This document shows positions 60,676-64,000 of a DNA stretch of 64,000 nt, one piece after another; the first letter of the stretch is position 1; the number at the start of each line of letters is the position of its first letter. The notes beneath the pieces are model-generated. The model was given only the letters and a program-made list of their open reading frames with translations, had not been told where the DNA came from and made no database searches. The stretch is taken from the NCBI GenBank assembly GCA_963695095.1, contig CAVOFT010000001.1:2656001-2720000 (forward strand). The letters are read 5' to 3'. The position numbers and the translations under genes were made by a program. This stretch comes from an uncultured bacterium. GTDB taxonomy: Bacteria > Krumholzibacteriota > Krumholzibacteriia > JACNKJ01.

Positions 60676-61059
60676 CTAGGCTCGGCTCCAGGCCAGGGCG
60701 CTTTCCAGATCCGGGAAGACCCGGATCTCCCAGGTCGAGCCCAGGGTCCGGGTCCGATTGGCGTAGTGCTCGCAGAGCCGCACATCGTGCGGGCTCGTCG
60801 TGACGAGCGCCACCCGCACCTTCACGTTCATCCGACCCGCGACGAGGTCGATGGCGCTCGGCTGCTCGATCTCCCGCGCGGTGATCGAGGCCAGGCTGGC
60901 CTTCAGCATGTCCCAGACCTGGTAGCGCATCGTGTCGAAGCGCGCGTCGCCATGGAGCCGGCCGTTGGCCTCGTTGATCTCCTCGATCTCGATGCTGCCC
61001 GTCATCGTGACGAGCGCCCCGTCGTCGCTCCACTCGATTTGGTAGGCCACGGCCTTCAC
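60676..61059 (-). CDS. Small hypothetical protein (SpoIIAA-like fold possible)
   Basis: GGGAGG RBS and C-terminal RVFPDLESALAW. Confidence 0.7.
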   Translation of the reverse strand: MKAVAYQIEWSDDGALVTMTGSIEIEEINEANGRLHGDARFDTMRYQVWDMLKASLASITAREIEQPSAIDLVAGRMNVKVRVALVTTSPHDVRLCEHYANRTRTLGSTWEIRVFPDLESALAWSRA

Positions 61060-61275
61060 CCTCCCTTGGGCATCTCCCCTCGGCAGCAGCGGCCTGCGCC
61101 GGGTCGGGATTCCGAACCGCTTCGGAAGCGGCCGCTCCGATATCGTAATTCAAAGACTATGGCGCAATCGCTAGGTCGCCGTCAATAGGGTCGCTGCACT
61201 TCCGCGCTGGGAGAAGCCGCCCCCGGGGGCGCCACCCGGCGGCGCCCCCGGTGCATCGAAGCGCGGCTCAGCCGC

Positions 61276-61488
61276 CTAGCGCCCGCCGCTGGACTTGAGC
61301 TCGCGCAGTTGCAGGGCAATGACGAAGAGCAGGCTCACGACGGCCAGCTCGAGCAAGCGCGAAGGCGAGTAGATGCGCAGCAGGGTCATGCCCGCGAAAT
61401 TCGCCAGCTTCTCCCAGATCGCCACCCCCGCCAAGAGAAAGGCGAGCACGAAGAGCGCCCGGCTGATGAGACTCACCAATGCGGTCAT
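61276..61488 (-). CDS. Small two-TM membrane protein
   Basis: GGAGG RBS, ATGA overlap with the upstream gene and two hydrophobic helices. Confidence 0.75.
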   Translation of the reverse strand: MTALVSLISRALFVLAFLLAGVAIWEKLANFAGMTLLRIYSPSRLLELAVVSLLFVIALQLRELKSSGGR

Positions 61489-61790
61489 CGCGTCACCTCC
61501 GCGCTGCGGGGAATGAGGCGGCCATCGCTCTGGAAGACGTTCGCTCGCACGTCGTAGAAGGCCACGCGCACGGCGCCGGCCTCGTCCTCGAACCAGAGCT
61601 GGAAGACATGCCCGGAGTCGGCGCTGTTGCTGACGGCCACCAGGTGGCCCCAATCGGCCGGAATCGCATCCTTGGCGACCATCTGCACATAGGCGACGTC
61701 GCCGCGCAGCGGCGCCGGTTTCTCGGGCAGCTTGGCGCAGCTCGTGGCGATCAGCAGCGCCAGCATCGACGAAAGGACTAGCACGCGCAT
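61485..61790 (-). CDS. Small lipoprotein
   Basis: Lipobox IATSC; IPADWGHLVAV...LWFED. Confidence 0.75.
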   Translation of the reverse strand: MRVLVLSSMLALLIATSCAKLPEKPAPLRGDVAYVQMVAKDAIPADWGHLVAVSNSADSGHVFQLWFEDEAGAVRVAFYDVRANVFQSDGRLIPRSAEVTR

Positions 61791-61909
61791 GGTCCATTCC
61801 CTCCTCGGCTGGGGTCAGGCCGCCAGCCTATCACTTCTCGACGCGCACTGCATCCCTGCTTGCGCCGCGAATCCTAACATTTCCGACATTTTTGGGACGA
61901 ACGGCTCCG

Positions 61910-62656
61910 CTAACCGCGCAGGTGGGCATCGGCCGGATCCTCGCCGCAGCGCTGGGCCAGCCACCAGATGCGCGCGGTCTTCTCGAGCACCTCGAGGCGG
62001 TCCAGAGCCTGGGCGAGGCGCTCGCCGACGGCCAGGGCGCCATGCCGCTCCCAGACGAGAGCGCTCGCGCCGGCGGCGATGGCCGCCGCGCTCGCCAGCC
62101 CGAGCGCCGCGCTGCCCGGCACCCCGAGGCGAAGCCGCGCCAGGCCGCCCGGCAGCAGCGCCGCCGTCTCGGGCATCAGGCCGAGCAGGGCCGCCTCGAG
62201 CGCGCCCTCGCCGGCCAGGCGGGGCAGCAGGCTCAGCGCGATGAGGAAGTCCGTGTGCGCGTGGAGCAGGGCCCCCGGTGCCCCGCGCGCGGCATGCACG
62301 GCCAGGTGGCAGGCCAGCTCGCTGGTGGGAGGCGGCGTGCCGCGCAGGCGGAAGAGGCCGCGGGGGCCATCGCCGATGATCGCCAGGTGCGCGGCCGGGT
62401 CGGCGGCGAGAGCGCGCAGGGGGCTGCCCGCCGCGCTCGCGACGAGCAGGTGACCGGCCGGCAGGCGGCAGGGATAGCCCGCCGGCAGGCCGGGCTCGAA
62501 GATGTCGCCGTCATGGAGGCTGCGCGTGAGCTGGGCCGGCGCGAGCAGCAGGGACAGGTTGCCCGCGCCGGCCTCGGCCCAGCCCAGCTCGGCGACGCGG
62601 CCCGCGCAGCTGGCGATTTGCGCCAGCAGCTCCTCGCCGATGGGCAGGCGCGTCAT
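61910..62656 (-). CDS. Class II aldolase/adducin family (RhaD-like)
   Basis: GWAEAGAGNLS, PTSELACH, LHAH and WERHG zinc ligands. Confidence 0.85.
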   Translation of the reverse strand: MTRLPIGEELLAQIASCAGRVAELGWAEAGAGNLSLLLAPAQLTRSLHDGDIFEPGLPAGYPCRLPAGHLLVASAAGSPLRALAADPAAHLAIIGDGPRGLFRLRGTPPPTSELACHLAVHAARGAPGALLHAHTDFLIALSLLPRLAGEGALEAALLGLMPETAALLPGGLARLRLGVPGSAALGLASAAAIAAGASALVWERHGALAVGERLAQALDRLEVLEKTARIWWLAQRCGEDPADAHLRG

Positions 62657-62808
62657 GCCCCGCGCCCCCCGCGCTCGGCGCGGCCGCCGCTATGAAGAGC
62701 CAAAGGTCTGATAGAACGCAAGTTCCATGACTCCTCGGGTAGACCGGGGCTTACGCCCACGGTCGAGCGCGGGTATATTAGCAGGAGGACCCCAGCGAGG
62801 AAACGACG

Positions 62809-64000
<1,192 letters not shown>

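Noticed and set aside
61910..62656. Rhamnose catabolic operon
   Set aside because: Only an isolated RhaD-like aldolase is present, with no isomerase, kinase or transporter alongside.

Overview
A 64-kb, very GC-rich, gene-dense chromosomal segment of a diderm bacterium. The lineage is probably FCB-superphylum-like, inferred from a PNPFNP-type C-terminal sorting domain, a TonB receptor, many lipoproteins and a GldA/F/G-like ABC set. I found no rRNA, tRNA, CRISPR array, transposase or phage gene. Housekeeping and redox content: pepN, PPi-type pfk, class II RNR nrdJ with NrdR boxes, apbE with rnfABCDGE, nfnAB, glcDEF-like genes, lipA, a tandem-domain thyX, a cobalamin riboswitch with a btuB-like operon, and ECF sigma/anti-sigma, HU, Fic, Crp and CarD. 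Two things stand out. (1) A stand-alone three-gene complex I fragment (NuoB fused directly to NuoD with no NuoC, plus NuoG and NuoI) has its own promoter and sits directly upstream of the rnf operon. (2) A possible sigma54 network: a 1504-aa pseudokinase-TPR-GAF-AAA+-HTH enhancer-binding protein, two unannotated intergenic units that look like sigma54-promoter/terminator-bounded small RNAs (about 10.43-10.58 kb and 34.55-34.61 kb), and a sigma54-type promoter with tandem palindromic upstream sites in front of the crp gene. Clustered frameshifts at about 16.5-20.5 kb, 50.6 kb and 63-64 kb look like assembly indel errors. All calls come from reading motifs by eye; no database searches were run.
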